Shown here piece by piece: positions 48,198 through 57,253 of a stretch of 64,000 nt of DNA. This stretch comes from Bacteroidia bacterium (GTDB lineage: Bacteria > Bacteroidota > Bacteroidia > 2-12-FULL-35-15): positions 3,475 through 67,474 of the forward strand of contig JBKJQG010000357.1 in NCBI GenBank assembly GCA_046594925.1, read 5' to 3'. How positions within the stretch are numbered: position 1 is the first letter of the stretch; every line of letters starts with the position of its first letter. Below the pieces are notes generated by a model. That model searched no databases, was not told the origin of the DNA, and saw only the letters and a list, made by a program, of their open reading frames with translations. The position numbers and the translations under genes were made by a program.

Positions 48198-49655
48198 ATG
48201 GAAATGAACAGTCTCAAAAATCAGTTTATTTTAACTTCGGTTCTGGCACTCTTTTGTGCTTCTGAAACAGTTGCCCAAACACCGATGGCGAATCAGACAA
48301 TGACCTTGGAACAATGCATTGATTACGCATTGAAAAACAATATCCAGATCAAACAATCGGAGTTGAATACGGAATTGTCGAAAGTCACCCTCACCCAAAG
48401 TAAAGCTGAACTTTTACCTTCCTTGAATGCAAATGCTTCTCATACTTATAACATCGGGCGGACGGTAGATAGGTTTACCAATCAGTTTGCCGATGCACAA
48501 GTGCTGTCACAGAATTTCGGACTGAGTACCGATGTGAACCTGTTCAGCGGATTTCAAAACATCAACAGCATTCAGCAGAATAAGTTCGCTTACCTGGCCG
48601 GGAAATACGACGTTGAGAAAATGAAGAACGATGTTTCCCTGAACATTGCAACGGCCTACCTTCAGATCTTGTACAGCATGGAGTTGGTTGACAATGCAAA
48701 GAATCAAATGGGCATCACCTCCGCGCAGGCAGACAGAACGAAAATATTGGTTGAAGCAGGATCCATAGCAAGAGGGATGCTCTTAGACATACAATCACAA
48801 TTGGCTTTGGAAGAACTGACTGTAACCAATGCACAGAATCAACTCGATATCGCCTATCTGAACTTAGCGCAGTTGTTGAACATGCCTTCCGCAGAAGGCC
48901 TGACGATAGTGAAACCGGAACTGAATGTCGGCACAGATGCTTTGCTTACCGCCACTCCAACACAGATCTATAATGCAGCCGTTAGCAATCTGCCTGAAAT
49001 AAAAAGTGCTGAATTTAAAGTGAAGAGTGCAGAAAAATCTGTTGATGTTGCCTGGGGTGGAGTGAGTCCACGGTTATCTTTCAGCGCTTCCTATGGAACA
49101 GGGTATTCAGGTGCTAGTCAGCGTTTTCTTACGCCTCCTACGTTTCAGGGATATTCACCGAATGGCGACATCACGTCTTCCGGCGATACGGTTTATTCTC
49201 CAATTTTTTCTTCCGGGACGCTGGAGAAAATTCCTTTTTTTGATCAGTACAACGACAACGTGAACAAATCCTTCGGGTTCTTTTTGACCGTTCCGATCTT
49301 TAACCGCTTACAAACCAAAACAGCGATCGACCGTGCACGCATTCAAAAAATGAATGCAGATCTGACCGTTGAGTCTACGAAATTACAAGTACAGAAAAAT
49401 GTGCAACAGGCCTATGCCGATGCCAGTGCGGGATTGAAAAAATACAATGCTTCTCTGAAAGCAATCGAAGCCATGCAGGAATCTTTTAAATACACGGAGC
49501 AGAAATTCAATGTCGGATTGCTGAACACCAACGATTACAACGATGCCAAGAACAAGCTGATCAAAACACAAAGCGATCTCTTGCAAGCAAAATACGAATA
49601 CGTTTTCAAAACAAAAGTGCTTGATTTTTATCAAGGAAAACCATTGAAATTCTGA
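48198..49655 (+). CDS. TolC-family outer membrane efflux protein
   Basis: Signal peptide, about 480 aa, with two repeated coiled-coil/beta-barrel halves bearing the typical TolC LTLEQCIDYALKNN N-terminal motif. Confidence 0.8.
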   Translation: MEMNSLKNQFILTSVLALFCASETVAQTPMANQTMTLEQCIDYALKNNIQIKQSELNTELSKVTLTQSKAELLPSLNANASHTYNIGRTVDRFTNQFADAQVLSQNFGLSTDVNLFSGFQNINSIQQNKFAYLAGKYDVEKMKNDVSLNIATAYLQILYSMELVDNAKNQMGITSAQADRTKILVEAGSIARGMLLDIQSQLALEELTVTNAQNQLDIAYLNLAQLLNMPSAEGLTIVKPELNVGTDALLTATPTQIYNAAVSNLPEIKSAEFKVKSAEKSVDVAWGGVSPRLSFSASYGTGYSGASQRFLTPPTFQGYSPNGDITSSGDTVYSPIFSSGTLEKIPFFDQYNDNVNKSFGFFLTVPIFNRLQTKTAIDRARIQKMNADLTVESTKLQVQKNVQQAYADASAGLKKYNASLKAIEAMQESFKYTEQKFNVGLLNTNDYNDAKNKLIKTQSDLLQAKYEYVFKTKVLDFYQGKPLKF

Positions 49656-49656
49656 C

Positions 49657-49690
49657 CTCACCCCTAACCCCTCTCTAATGGATAGCGGGA
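49657..49690. repeat. REP-like GC-rich element (intergenic copy)
   Basis: ctcacccctaacccctctctaatggatagcggg shares the CCCCTCTC...AGCGGG motif. Confidence 0.45.
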
Positions 49691-49712
49691 AAGATGTAAA
49701 CTAAAAAATAAA

Positions 49713-51083
49713 ATGAAAAAAATAATCTGGATCATTGTCGCGGGACTTGTCTTCTTGGTAGCCATCATGATGATGAAGAACTGCTCTGGCAATAAATCAA
49801 TAAAAATTGCTATTGAAAAGGCCGGCAAAAGAAATGTCACTGAATCTGTTTCCGCGAACGGAAAAATTCAGCCAGAAGTGGAAGTGAAGATCAGCTCGGA
49901 TGTATCAGGTGAAATCGTAGAACTTTTTGTGAAAGAAGGTGACCAAGTGAAAAAGGGTGATTTGCTTTGTCGCATCAACCCTTTGATCTATGAGTCCAAT
50001 TCCAGCAGAATGGTGGCAACACTGAACGGAGCGAAAGCCAACCTGGCAAATTCAAAGGCTCGTCTGGAACAAGTGAAAGCAGGGTTTGCAAATTTGGAAG
50101 CCTCCTTCAATAGGAACAAAAAATTATTTGATCAAGGGGCCATTTCTCAATCTGATTTTGACGCAGCCAAAGCTTCTTACGAAGGAGCCAAAGCGGATGT
50201 CAAAGGAGCAGAAGACAATGTGGACGCTTCTGAATACAATGTTAAGAGTACAGAAGCTTCCCTGAAAGAAGCAAATGATAATTTGGCCAAAACAGCTATT
50301 TATTCTCCGGTGAACGGAACGGTTTCCAAATTGAACAAAGAAAAAGGGGAACGCGTTGTGGGGACAGCACAGATGGAAGGAACTGAGATCATGCGCCTGG
50401 CGAATCTTAACGAAATGGAAGTAAGCGTAGAGGTGAATGAGAACGACATTGTCCGCGTACACACCGGTGATACTTCGACGATCGAAGTGGATGCTTACTT
50501 GGGTAGAAAATTCAAAGGCATTGTTACTGAAATTGCAAACTCTGCGAATACTACCGGCGTGACGGCTGAACAAGTGACTAATTTCGTGGTGAAGATCCGC
50601 ATCCTTCAGGAATCTTACATGGATCTTTTAACGGCTAATAATAATGTTGCTCCTTTCCGTCCTGGAATGAGTGCTACAGTGGATGTGCAGACCAAGAAGG
50701 TCTTGAATGTCATCACGGTTCCGATCCAGTCGGTGACTACACGTAACGACAGTACCGAGTACAATCTGGCGAACGGAGGGAAAGAAAAGAAGGATGATGA
50801 AGAAATAGAAGTAAAGAATGACAATGAGAAAAAGGTAAACAACGATGACCTGATCAAGATCCAGGAATGTGTTTTTGTTTTCAGTGCTGCCGACAATAAA
50901 GTAAAGATGGTGAAAGTAAAGACGGGTATTCAGGATAACAATTATATCGAGATTCTTTCCGGCGTGAAAGATGGCGATGAGATTGTGTCGGCTCCCTACA
51001 GCGCGATTGCTAAGGAGTTGAAAGACGGTGACGTGGTGAACAAAGTGGACAAAACGGAATTGTTTTCGACTCCTAAAAAGTAA
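49713..51083 (+). CDS. efflux transporter periplasmic adaptor (HlyD/membrane-fusion protein family)
   Basis: N-terminal TM anchor, coiled-coil hairpin, lipoyl/beta-barrel motifs. There is a K/E/D-rich low-complexity insert (GGKEKKDDEEIEVKNDNEKKVNND) near the C-terminal domain. Confidence 0.75.
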   Translation: MKKIIWIIVAGLVFLVAIMMMKNCSGNKSIKIAIEKAGKRNVTESVSANGKIQPEVEVKISSDVSGEIVELFVKEGDQVKKGDLLCRINPLIYESNSSRMVATLNGAKANLANSKARLEQVKAGFANLEASFNRNKKLFDQGAISQSDFDAAKASYEGAKADVKGAEDNVDASEYNVKSTEASLKEANDNLAKTAIYSPVNGTVSKLNKEKGERVVGTAQMEGTEIMRLANLNEMEVSVEVNENDIVRVHTGDTSTIEVDAYLGRKFKGIVTEIANSANTTGVTAEQVTNFVVKIRILQESYMDLLTANNNVAPFRPGMSATVDVQTKKVLNVITVPIQSVTTRNDSTEYNLANGGKEKKDDEEIEVKNDNEKKVNNDDLIKIQECVFVFSAADNKVKMVKVKTGIQDNNYIEILSGVKDGDEIVSAPYSAIAKELKDGDVVNKVDKTELFSTPKK

Positions 51084-51091
51084 GACGAAAC

Positions 51092-51907
51092 ATGGCTCTC
51101 ATCTTAAATATCGAAACAGCAACTACTGTTTGCAGTGTTTCTCTGGCACGAGATGGCGAGCTACTTTCTTTTAAAGAACAGAATGGGGACTATTCTCATG
51201 CTGAAAATCTGACCCTGTTTATTGAAGACGTTTGCAAACGAGCAAACATTTCTCTCAAAGATGTTGATGCAATTGCTGTGAGCAAAGGCCCGGGTTCATA
51301 TACAGGATTGCGGATTGGAGTGAGTACTGCGAAAGGACTGTGTTATTCTCTCGATAAGCCTTTGATTGCGATTAACACTTTAAAACACCTCGCGTTATCG
51401 GTTCTCCCAATTCTCCCAACTCTCACCACTCCCGACTCCCAACTCCCGACTCCCGACTCCCAACTCCCCACTCCCCACTCCCCACTCCCGACTCCCGACT
51501 CCCAACTCCCAACTCCCAACTCCCAACTCCCGACTCCCAACTCCCCACTCCCCACTCATTTGTGTCCCATGCTCGATGCAAGACGGATGGAAGTGTACTG
51601 TGCAGTTTATGATTCCAAAGGAAATGAAGTGAGAGCGACTGCCGCCGAAATCATTGATGAAAATTCTTTTGGGGAGATTTTCAAAACAAGCAAAATTGTT
51701 TTTTTTGGTGATGGCGCTGCTAAATGCAAAGGAGTTCTTTCACACAACATTAATGCTGTTTTTCTGGATGACATTGTTCCTTCTGCTAAAGACATGATTA
51801 AACTTGCTGAGGAGGCTTTTAATGCAAAAACTTTTGAGGATGTAGCTTACTTTGAACCGTTCTACCTGAAAGATTTTGTGGCTGGAAAAAAGAAAGGGGA
51901 AGCCTAG
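51092..51907 (+). CDS. tsaB: tRNA threonylcarbamoyladenosine biosynthesis protein TsaB (YeaZ) with an in-frame low-complexity insertion
   Basis: N-terminal LILNIETATTVCSVSLARDGELL...AVSKGPGSYTGLRIGVSTAKGL..S...PLIAINTL and C-terminal ..LDARRMEVY are typical TsaB. An about 45-aa PTPDSQLPTPDSQL... tract is inserted between them. Confidence 0.8.
   Translation: MALILNIETATTVCSVSLARDGELLSFKEQNGDYSHAENLTLFIEDVCKRANISLKDVDAIAVSKGPGSYTGLRIGVSTAKGLCYSLDKPLIAINTLKHLALSVLPILPTLTTPDSQLPTPDSQLPTPHSPLPTPDSQLPTPNSQLPTPNSPLPTHLCPMLDARRMEVYCAVYDSKGNEVRATAAEIIDENSFGEIFKTSKIVFFGDGAAKCKGVLSHNINAVFLDDIVPSAKDMIKLAEEAFNAKTFEDVAYFEPFYLKDFVAGKKKGEA
51403..51556 (+). repeat. heptanucleotide microsatellite (ACTCCCN)~22 inside tsaB
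   Basis: actcccg/actccca/actcccc units in perfect tandem. Every three units (21 nt) encode a 7-aa (D/N/H)S(Q/P)LPTP peptide repeat. Confidence 0.9.
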
Positions 51908-52260
51908 TTCAGCTCTCCCGAAAAAATAGATCCGAAGAGTATTCCGAAAAAAATTAGAAATGCGAGAACAAGCATTAGGTTTAATATAAAAGCATGTGTT
52001 TTGTTTTCCTTGTGCTTTACCTTCCACCAACCAAAAATGTATAAGGTTCCCTTAGCTTTGTGATGCAGGCCATCTTCCTTTTGCAAATTATTTTCGCGGC
52101 TTTCCAACCACATTCCTATAGGAATCCTGAGAAAGATCAAGCTGCAGGTCACCACAATTATCGAAACATGGTAGTCCTCAATAAATTGTCCGAATATAGT
52201 TTTTGGCGAGTAGGTGTCTGCCACTATCATGCTTGATAAAAGGACATTGAGTAGAGCCAT
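51904..52260 (-). CDS. small membrane protein, unknown function
   Basis: Intact 118-aa ORF with 2-3 TM helices; its stop overlaps the stop of the convergent tsaB. Confidence 0.35.
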   Translation of the reverse strand: MALLNVLLSSMIVADTYSPKTIFGQFIEDYHVSIIVVTCSLIFLRIPIGMWLESRENNLQKEDGLHHKAKGTLYIFGWWKVKHKENKTHAFILNLMLVLAFLIFFGILFGSIFSGELN

Positions 52261-53241
52261 CTAATAAAAACTATATCCGAATTTCACAATCCCGATTGAG
52301 TTGTTCTTATGATCGCGGTTGATCTTCGATTTTAGAATGGTATTCGTCTCGTCATATAAATAACTGGTCTCTCCAACCAAAGCGTCGTTCTTGAATTTTT
52401 TTTCTTCGAGAAGAACTCCGCTGGCATCGTATTTATAAACGGTATATTCTTTTACATTCCCACTTTCATTGCTTGTATAAGTCTTTTCAGTCAGGAACTC
52501 TTTGTTGTCGTATTGATAAACGTTTTCCTGACGCATCCAGCTTACTATGAATTCATAGCTCTCCGAAAGTTTATTTCCCTTCTCATCGTAATTGATGATG
52601 GCTTTTTTGTATTCACGCCCCTCGTCATTCAGACAACGCTTCTTGACTTGAGTCGGGGTCATTTGAACGTATTCGAATGTTTCGCTGGAGAGAATGTTCT
52701 GCACACCAAGTTTGAACAGCTTCTTATCCTCACTGATGTTTGTTTCGCGGAAGTGCAGTTCTTTTATGATCTGATCCTTGTTGTTGTATTCATAATAATA
52801 AGAATTATAGTAAGCACCCATTTTCACCCGCTTCGCAATGATCCTGCTCTTTTGATCGTAATAGATGTCAGCAAATATGGTGTCGTTGAAGTATTTTGTC
52901 ACCGTCTTGTTCGTAGCGGCCTGTACGAGCTTTCCTTTTCTTCTGATCTCGGGAACATCTACAACTTCATTCTCAGCGAAATTCAAAATGGTGTAATAAT
53001 AGCGGATGGTCCTGCCGAGACTGTCGAATTCATAACCCTGACTTGCGCCTTTGTCAATGATGATCTCTCCGTCGGGCTTGTCCACGATCACCACATCGAT
53101 CTTGCGGATCTTGTTCTTTTTGATGGTCTTGGCATTGAAGGAAGATGGACCTATGCCGATTTCCGTCGGAGCAGTGCTAATCAGTTGGCCAAACGCGGCT
53201 AGCTGGAGTGTTAAAAGGAGAAGGGTAGTCAGTAATTTCAT
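52261..53241 (-). CDS. secreted protein of unknown function with internal YxYD-type repeats
   Basis: Signal peptide [19 protein letters not shown] and repeated ..[19 protein letters not shown].. / ..[13 protein letters not shown].. segments. Confidence 0.6.
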   Translation of the reverse strand: MKLLTTLLLLTLQLAAFGQLISTAPTEIGIGPSSFNAKTIKKNKIRKIDVVIVDKPDGEIIIDKGASQGYEFDSLGRTIRYYYTILNFAENEVVDVPEIRRKGKLVQAATNKTVTKYFNDTIFADIYYDQKSRIIAKRVKMGAYYNSYYYEYNNKDQIIKELHFRETNISEDKKLFKLGVQNILSSETFEYVQMTPTQVKKRCLNDEGREYKKAIINYDEKGNKLSESYEFIVSWMRQENVYQYDNKEFLTEKTYTSNESGNVKEYTVYKYDASGVLLEEKKFKNDALVGETSYLYDETNTILKSKINRDHKNNSIGIVKFGYSFY

Positions 53242-55262
53242 TCAAGCTGCATTTGTTTCAGGGCTTCGTCCATTTCTTTTACCGGTGCCGAACAGGTGTT
53301 GTTGCGGCAGACATAGATCAGAGTTTCTTCTCTTTTTTGTCGGTTCAGCAGCAAAGGTAAAGAGCTTTCAGAAGCACTTCCTGCAAATATCTTATTTGGA
53401 ATGTAATGTTTATGGAGGCTTTTCCTTTTTTCATCAACAGCTTTACCAACAATTGCCAATTCGTGGAAGGGCGCGGTAAAATAGAGCATTAGAATCGCCC
53501 AGTTGCTGTATCCCGCACCATATTGCTCCAGTTCGCCGAGTACGTTGTTTAGCATTTTGCTGCTCATAGTAATATAGTCTGGCAGCCCGAAATGATGGCC
53601 GAGCAAGAACAACGATTTGGCGATGCCTGAATTCGACGCAGGGATCACATTGTCCGAAAGTTCCATTTTCCGGCTGATCAGAGCTTTGTCTTGGTCGGAT
53701 GTGAAATAGAACATGCCGGAGTTTTCGTCTTTGAAATGTTCCAGGACGTACAGCATCAAATCATTGGCCTTATATAGGTGGCTTTCATCGAAGGAGATTT
53801 CGTACAATGCAATGAAGGCTTCAATGGTCCAGGCGTAATCTTCTAAGAATCCATTTACCGCACCCGTATTCAGGTGGAAGAGCTTTCCTTTTTCATCCTG
53901 ACAATTCTTTATGAGATAGTCTCCATTCTTCAAGGCAATTTCCTTAAAATAATTTTCATCAAACACGGTATACGCGTCTGCATAAGCTTTTATCATCAGA
54001 GCATTCCAGGATGTGATGATCTTGTTGTCGAGACCCGGACGGATGCGCTGCTCTCTGACTTTCAGCAATTGTTTTTTGCTTTCTCGGATGAATTTCTGTA
54101 ATTCTTCCGTACTGATATTGTTGCGCTTTGCAATTGTTTCCTCCTCCTCGTGACGCAGGAGAATGTAGTTTTCGTGTTCCCAGAAGCCTCTTTGATTGAC
54201 ATTATAGTAATCGGCAAAAAGATCGAATTTTTCTTTGAGAAGTTCTTGCAATTCGAATCTTGTCCAGACATAATATTTCCCTTCTTCGCCTTCCGAATCA
54301 GCATCTAGGGCAGCATAGAAACCGCCATCAGGGGAAGTGAGTTCCCTCTCGACAAATGCAAGTATTTCATAAACAATTTGTTTGTAAAGCGGATCTTTTG
54401 TTTTCTGATAGGCTTCACAATACAAGGTGACCAGTTGTGCATTGTCATAAAGCATCTTTTCGAAATGTGGCACCTTCCAGAGGTGATCCACCGAATAACG
54501 GGAAAAGCCCCCGCCGATCTGATCGTAGATCCCGCCGTAAGCCATTTTCTTCAAGGTCAGCTGAATGTGGTCTAGGAGTTCTTCGTCCTTGGTATGATGT
54601 GCATACCTTAGTAAGAATTGATAATTGTTGGGCAACGGAAATTTGGGTGCTTTGTCCGGACCGCCATCTACTTTATCTAATCTCGTTTTCCAGGTCTTCA
54701 CACTTTTATGCAGCGTTTCTATTTTGAATGAAGCTTCCTCGGGGTTTGTTTTCACCAGTTCTGCTAATCTCACGCCTTCGGTCAGCTGTTTAGCATAATC
54801 AATAGCTTTTTCGGGTTCCTGCTGATAGAGGTCCGCCAAATTCAGAAGGATGTTCATCCAATTGCTTTTGGGAAAATAGGTTCCGCCGTAAATCGGTCTT
54901 CCGTCCGGCAAGGCGAAACAATTCAATGGCCAACCTCCCTGGCCCGTCATCAGTTGCACTCCCAGCATGTATACCTGATCGATGTCAGGCCTTTCTTCAC
55001 GGTCGACTTTTATGCAGATGAAATGATCGTTCATCAGTTTTGCAACGTTCTCGTCTTCGAAACTTTCGTGCTCCATCACGTGGCACCAGTGGCAAGCAGA
55101 GTAGCCCACACTGATCAGGATGAGCTTGTTCTCTGTTTTTGCTTTCTCCAATGAGGCTTCGTTCCATGCCAGCCAATTCACAGGATTGTGCGCGTGCTGC
55201 AACAAATAGGGGCTGGTTTCGTGGATGAGTGCATTCGTATGTTTGTGTGGATGAGAATTCAT
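53238..55262 (-). CDS. thioredoxin-domain protein, DUF255 / YyaL (SSP411-like) with a six-hairpin glycosidase-like domain
   Basis: N-terminal [15 protein letters not shown]..........[22 protein letters not shown] is the DUF255 thioredoxin-like signature; 674 aa. Confidence 0.85.
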   Translation of the reverse strand: MNSHPHKHTNALIHETSPYLLQHAHNPVNWLAWNEASLEKAKTENKLILISVGYSACHWCHVMEHESFEDENVAKLMNDHFICIKVDREERPDIDQVYMLGVQLMTGQGGWPLNCFALPDGRPIYGGTYFPKSNWMNILLNLADLYQQEPEKAIDYAKQLTEGVRLAELVKTNPEEASFKIETLHKSVKTWKTRLDKVDGGPDKAPKFPLPNNYQFLLRYAHHTKDEELLDHIQLTLKKMAYGGIYDQIGGGFSRYSVDHLWKVPHFEKMLYDNAQLVTLYCEAYQKTKDPLYKQIVYEILAFVERELTSPDGGFYAALDADSEGEEGKYYVWTRFELQELLKEKFDLFADYYNVNQRGFWEHENYILLRHEEEETIAKRNNISTEELQKFIRESKKQLLKVREQRIRPGLDNKIITSWNALMIKAYADAYTVFDENYFKEIALKNGDYLIKNCQDEKGKLFHLNTGAVNGFLEDYAWTIEAFIALYEISFDESHLYKANDLMLYVLEHFKDENSGMFYFTSDQDKALISRKMELSDNVIPASNSGIAKSLFLLGHHFGLPDYITMSSKMLNNVLGELEQYGAGYSNWAILMLYFTAPFHELAIVGKAVDEKRKSLHKHYIPNKIFAGSASESSLPLLLNRQKREETLIYVCRNNTCSAPVKEMDEALKQMQLE

Positions 55263-55320
55263 TTTGTAAAAATACGGACTAATAATTTTTATTTACCGAT
55301 AATAATTTTTAATTTCATAC

Positions 55321-56634
55321 GTGCCTTATAATCTGCTCAAGCAAAAAAACACTTATTTCAAAAATCTTTCTCCGGATGCACAGGAAGTTTTTGTCGACCG
55401 CCTGTTCAAATTCATGGAAGACAAAAAATTCATCGGCAGGGAGGGGTTGGTGATCACCGACGAGATTAAAGTGCTGATTTCTGCGGCTGCCATTCAATTG
55501 ACTTTCGGTTTGAAAGATTACATGATCTCTCACCTTTATGCGATCAATGTTTTTCCGCGAATTTTCTTTTCCAAATATTTGAACACCAACCTGAAGGGTC
55601 TCAATACCCAGAGTGGAGTGCTCTCGCTTTCCTGGAACGACTTCAAGGAAGGGTATGCCGTGGACGATGACAAAGTGAACCTGGGTCTGCACGAACTGGC
55701 CCACGCCCTTTACATCGACCTCGATGAAGAGGGAAATTATGACGAACATTTTTCGGCCTATCTCGAAAAGTGGGAAGATGTGGCGATGAAAGATTATCTA
55801 GAGTTGAAAGAAAAGAAAGTGACCTTCCTGCGGGAGTATGGTGGGACCAATATGCACGAGTTTTTTGCTGTCTGCGTGGAGCATTTCTTTGAAGCACCCA
55901 AAGAATTCAAAAAGAAGCTGCCGCATTTATACAACTACATTGTGCTGATGCTGAATCAAGATCCGGACAATGTGAAGGGTGATTATCGGGTACGCGTGTA
56001 TGCCGAAAAGGCTGTGGCGGTGATGGAAGTAGTGGCGGATAGCAGCAACAATCAAGACAAACTAAACAAACTCATTCTCGATAATTCCCATATCGATGAA
56101 CGGTATTCTTTGTTTCAAACAACGATACAGCGCAATGGAATATACGTGGCTATGATCGCTACGTTCGTCGGATTGTTTGTCGGCATACCTGTGCTCATCT
56201 GGTTTTGGTCGACCACGGTCATCAGTATCGGAGCGGTCTTCATTCTGCTTTTTATTTGCGGAAGCCTGGGTTTCATCCAATGGAAATATGTGAAGGACTA
56301 TCTCGACATGGAATATCACCAGTTTGCGATGTATGCTTTTTCAGGGTTCGGGATGTGCCTGATCAACATTCTTTTTTGTCTGAATACCTTCATTCCCGTA
56401 AAAACGACCACGACCACTTATGAAGTGCTTGCTTTCAGAAGCGGAAGCCAGGGCCTGGAGGTTAGTCTGCAGGGGGAAGGCAACAGTGCTTCCCTCGAAC
56501 GAAATGTGGCTGCCTTCGTGATAGAACATTTTGAAAATTACGAGGACGCTGAAAAAATTGAAGTGACTACCACAACTGGTTTGTTGGGACTCGACAGAGT
56601 TGAAGCTTGTCGGTTACGCAGTATGAAAAATTAA
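55321..56634 (+). CDS. zinc-dependent peptidase, M90 (MtfA-like) family with a C-terminal membrane domain
   Basis: HExxH motif LHELAHAL within an MtfA-like N-terminal about 210 aa, followed by 3-4 TM helices. Confidence 0.65.
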   Translation: MPYNLLKQKNTYFKNLSPDAQEVFVDRLFKFMEDKKFIGREGLVITDEIKVLISAAAIQLTFGLKDYMISHLYAINVFPRIFFSKYLNTNLKGLNTQSGVLSLSWNDFKEGYAVDDDKVNLGLHELAHALYIDLDEEGNYDEHFSAYLEKWEDVAMKDYLELKEKKVTFLREYGGTNMHEFFAVCVEHFFEAPKEFKKKLPHLYNYIVLMLNQDPDNVKGDYRVRVYAEKAVAVMEVVADSSNNQDKLNKLILDNSHIDERYSLFQTTIQRNGIYVAMIATFVGLFVGIPVLIWFWSTTVISIGAVFILLFICGSLGFIQWKYVKDYLDMEYHQFAMYAFSGFGMCLINILFCLNTFIPVKTTTTTYEVLAFRSGSQGLEVSLQGEGNSASLERNVAAFVIEHFENYEDAEKIEVTTTTGLLGLDRVEACRLRSMKN

Positions 56635-57089
56635 TTCAGCCCTACGGGAACACTTTCGCTCAGCTCTACCGGATAATTTTTTTTCAAAAGCAATTTCCCG
56701 ACTTTCAGATTGCCTTTCAACCCAATGCGGATGCTTTTACTGCTTGCGAGCGACATTAATTTAGGAAGATCCGACAAGCTAATGGATGAGAAATCCGATT
56801 TGATCTTGAAAGTATAGGATTGTTCTGAGTTAGCCTTGATCTTTACATTGTCCGCCAAACTTGCCTTCCCGCCCGTGATCCCGTTCAACGTCACGTCAAA
56901 ATCCGATTTATATATTTTAAATGCGGTCTTATTCGGGTTCTTTATTTTGATCACCATTTCTGCTTCAGCACCCTGCTGGGAAATTTTTGTCAGCTTCATG
57001 CTTTCTATCCCACTGAAGGTTACTTCCTTAAATTCTCCGCAGGAAGAAAGGAGGAATGAACACAAAATAATGGCAAGAATGTTTTTCAT
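56631..57089 (-). CDS. lipoprotein, probable LEA_2 / NDR1-like beta-sandwich family
   Basis: Lipobox LLSSCGE; 152 aa with an alternating beta-strand pattern. Confidence 0.45.
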   Translation of the reverse strand: MKNILAIILCSFLLSSCGEFKEVTFSGIESMKLTKISQQGAEAEMVIKIKNPNKTAFKIYKSDFDVTLNGITGGKASLADNVKIKANSEQSYTFKIKSDFSSISLSDLPKLMSLASSKSIRIGLKGNLKVGKLLLKKNYPVELSESVPVGLN

Positions 57090-57117
57090 AAAAAGGAATG
57101 TTTAAAAATTAATACAT

Positions 57118-57197
57118 CTCCGAAGCGTCATTGAGGGCAAAAGCAATCTCTCACAAATGGCTCCAGTTGTCCCCGTCGAAATGACGACCCTGACACA
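57118..57197. repeat. intergenic repeat element (GTCATTGAGGGC...GACGACCCTGACAC)
   Basis: cgaagcgtcattgagggc...cgtcgaaatgacgaccctgacac resembles short dispersed repeats common in Bacteroidetes intergenic regions. Confidence 0.4.
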
Positions 57198-57213
57198 TCA
57201 TAGACAGATTCGA

Positions 57214-57241
57214 AATCCCGATAGCTATCGGGATCGTTTTT
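57214..57241 (+). terminator. palindrome plus T-run (atcccgatagctatcgggat-cgtttttt)
   Basis: 20-bp perfect palindrome with the same CCGATAGCTATCGG core as the element at 36013, followed by T6. Confidence 0.6.
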
Positions 57242-57253
57242 TCGTAATTCGTA

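Noticed and set aside
51343-51555. Minus-strand ORF encoding a GVGSWELGVGSWE... repeat protein
   Set aside because: It is the reverse-complement reading of the heptanucleotide microsatellite in tsaB, an artefact of the repeat.
51403-51556. CRISPR array candidate (regular short repeats)
   Set aside because: The units are 7 nt, perfectly contiguous with no spacers, and lie inside a coding gene. This is a microsatellite, not a CRISPR array. The 141-bp and 600-bp repeat arrays elsewhere are coding domain repeats without spacer structure.
52513-53202. 229-aa + strand ORF opposite the secreted-protein gene at 52261-53241
   Set aside because: Antisense overlap with a gene bearing a clear signal peptide. 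Hydrophobic, low-complexity translation.
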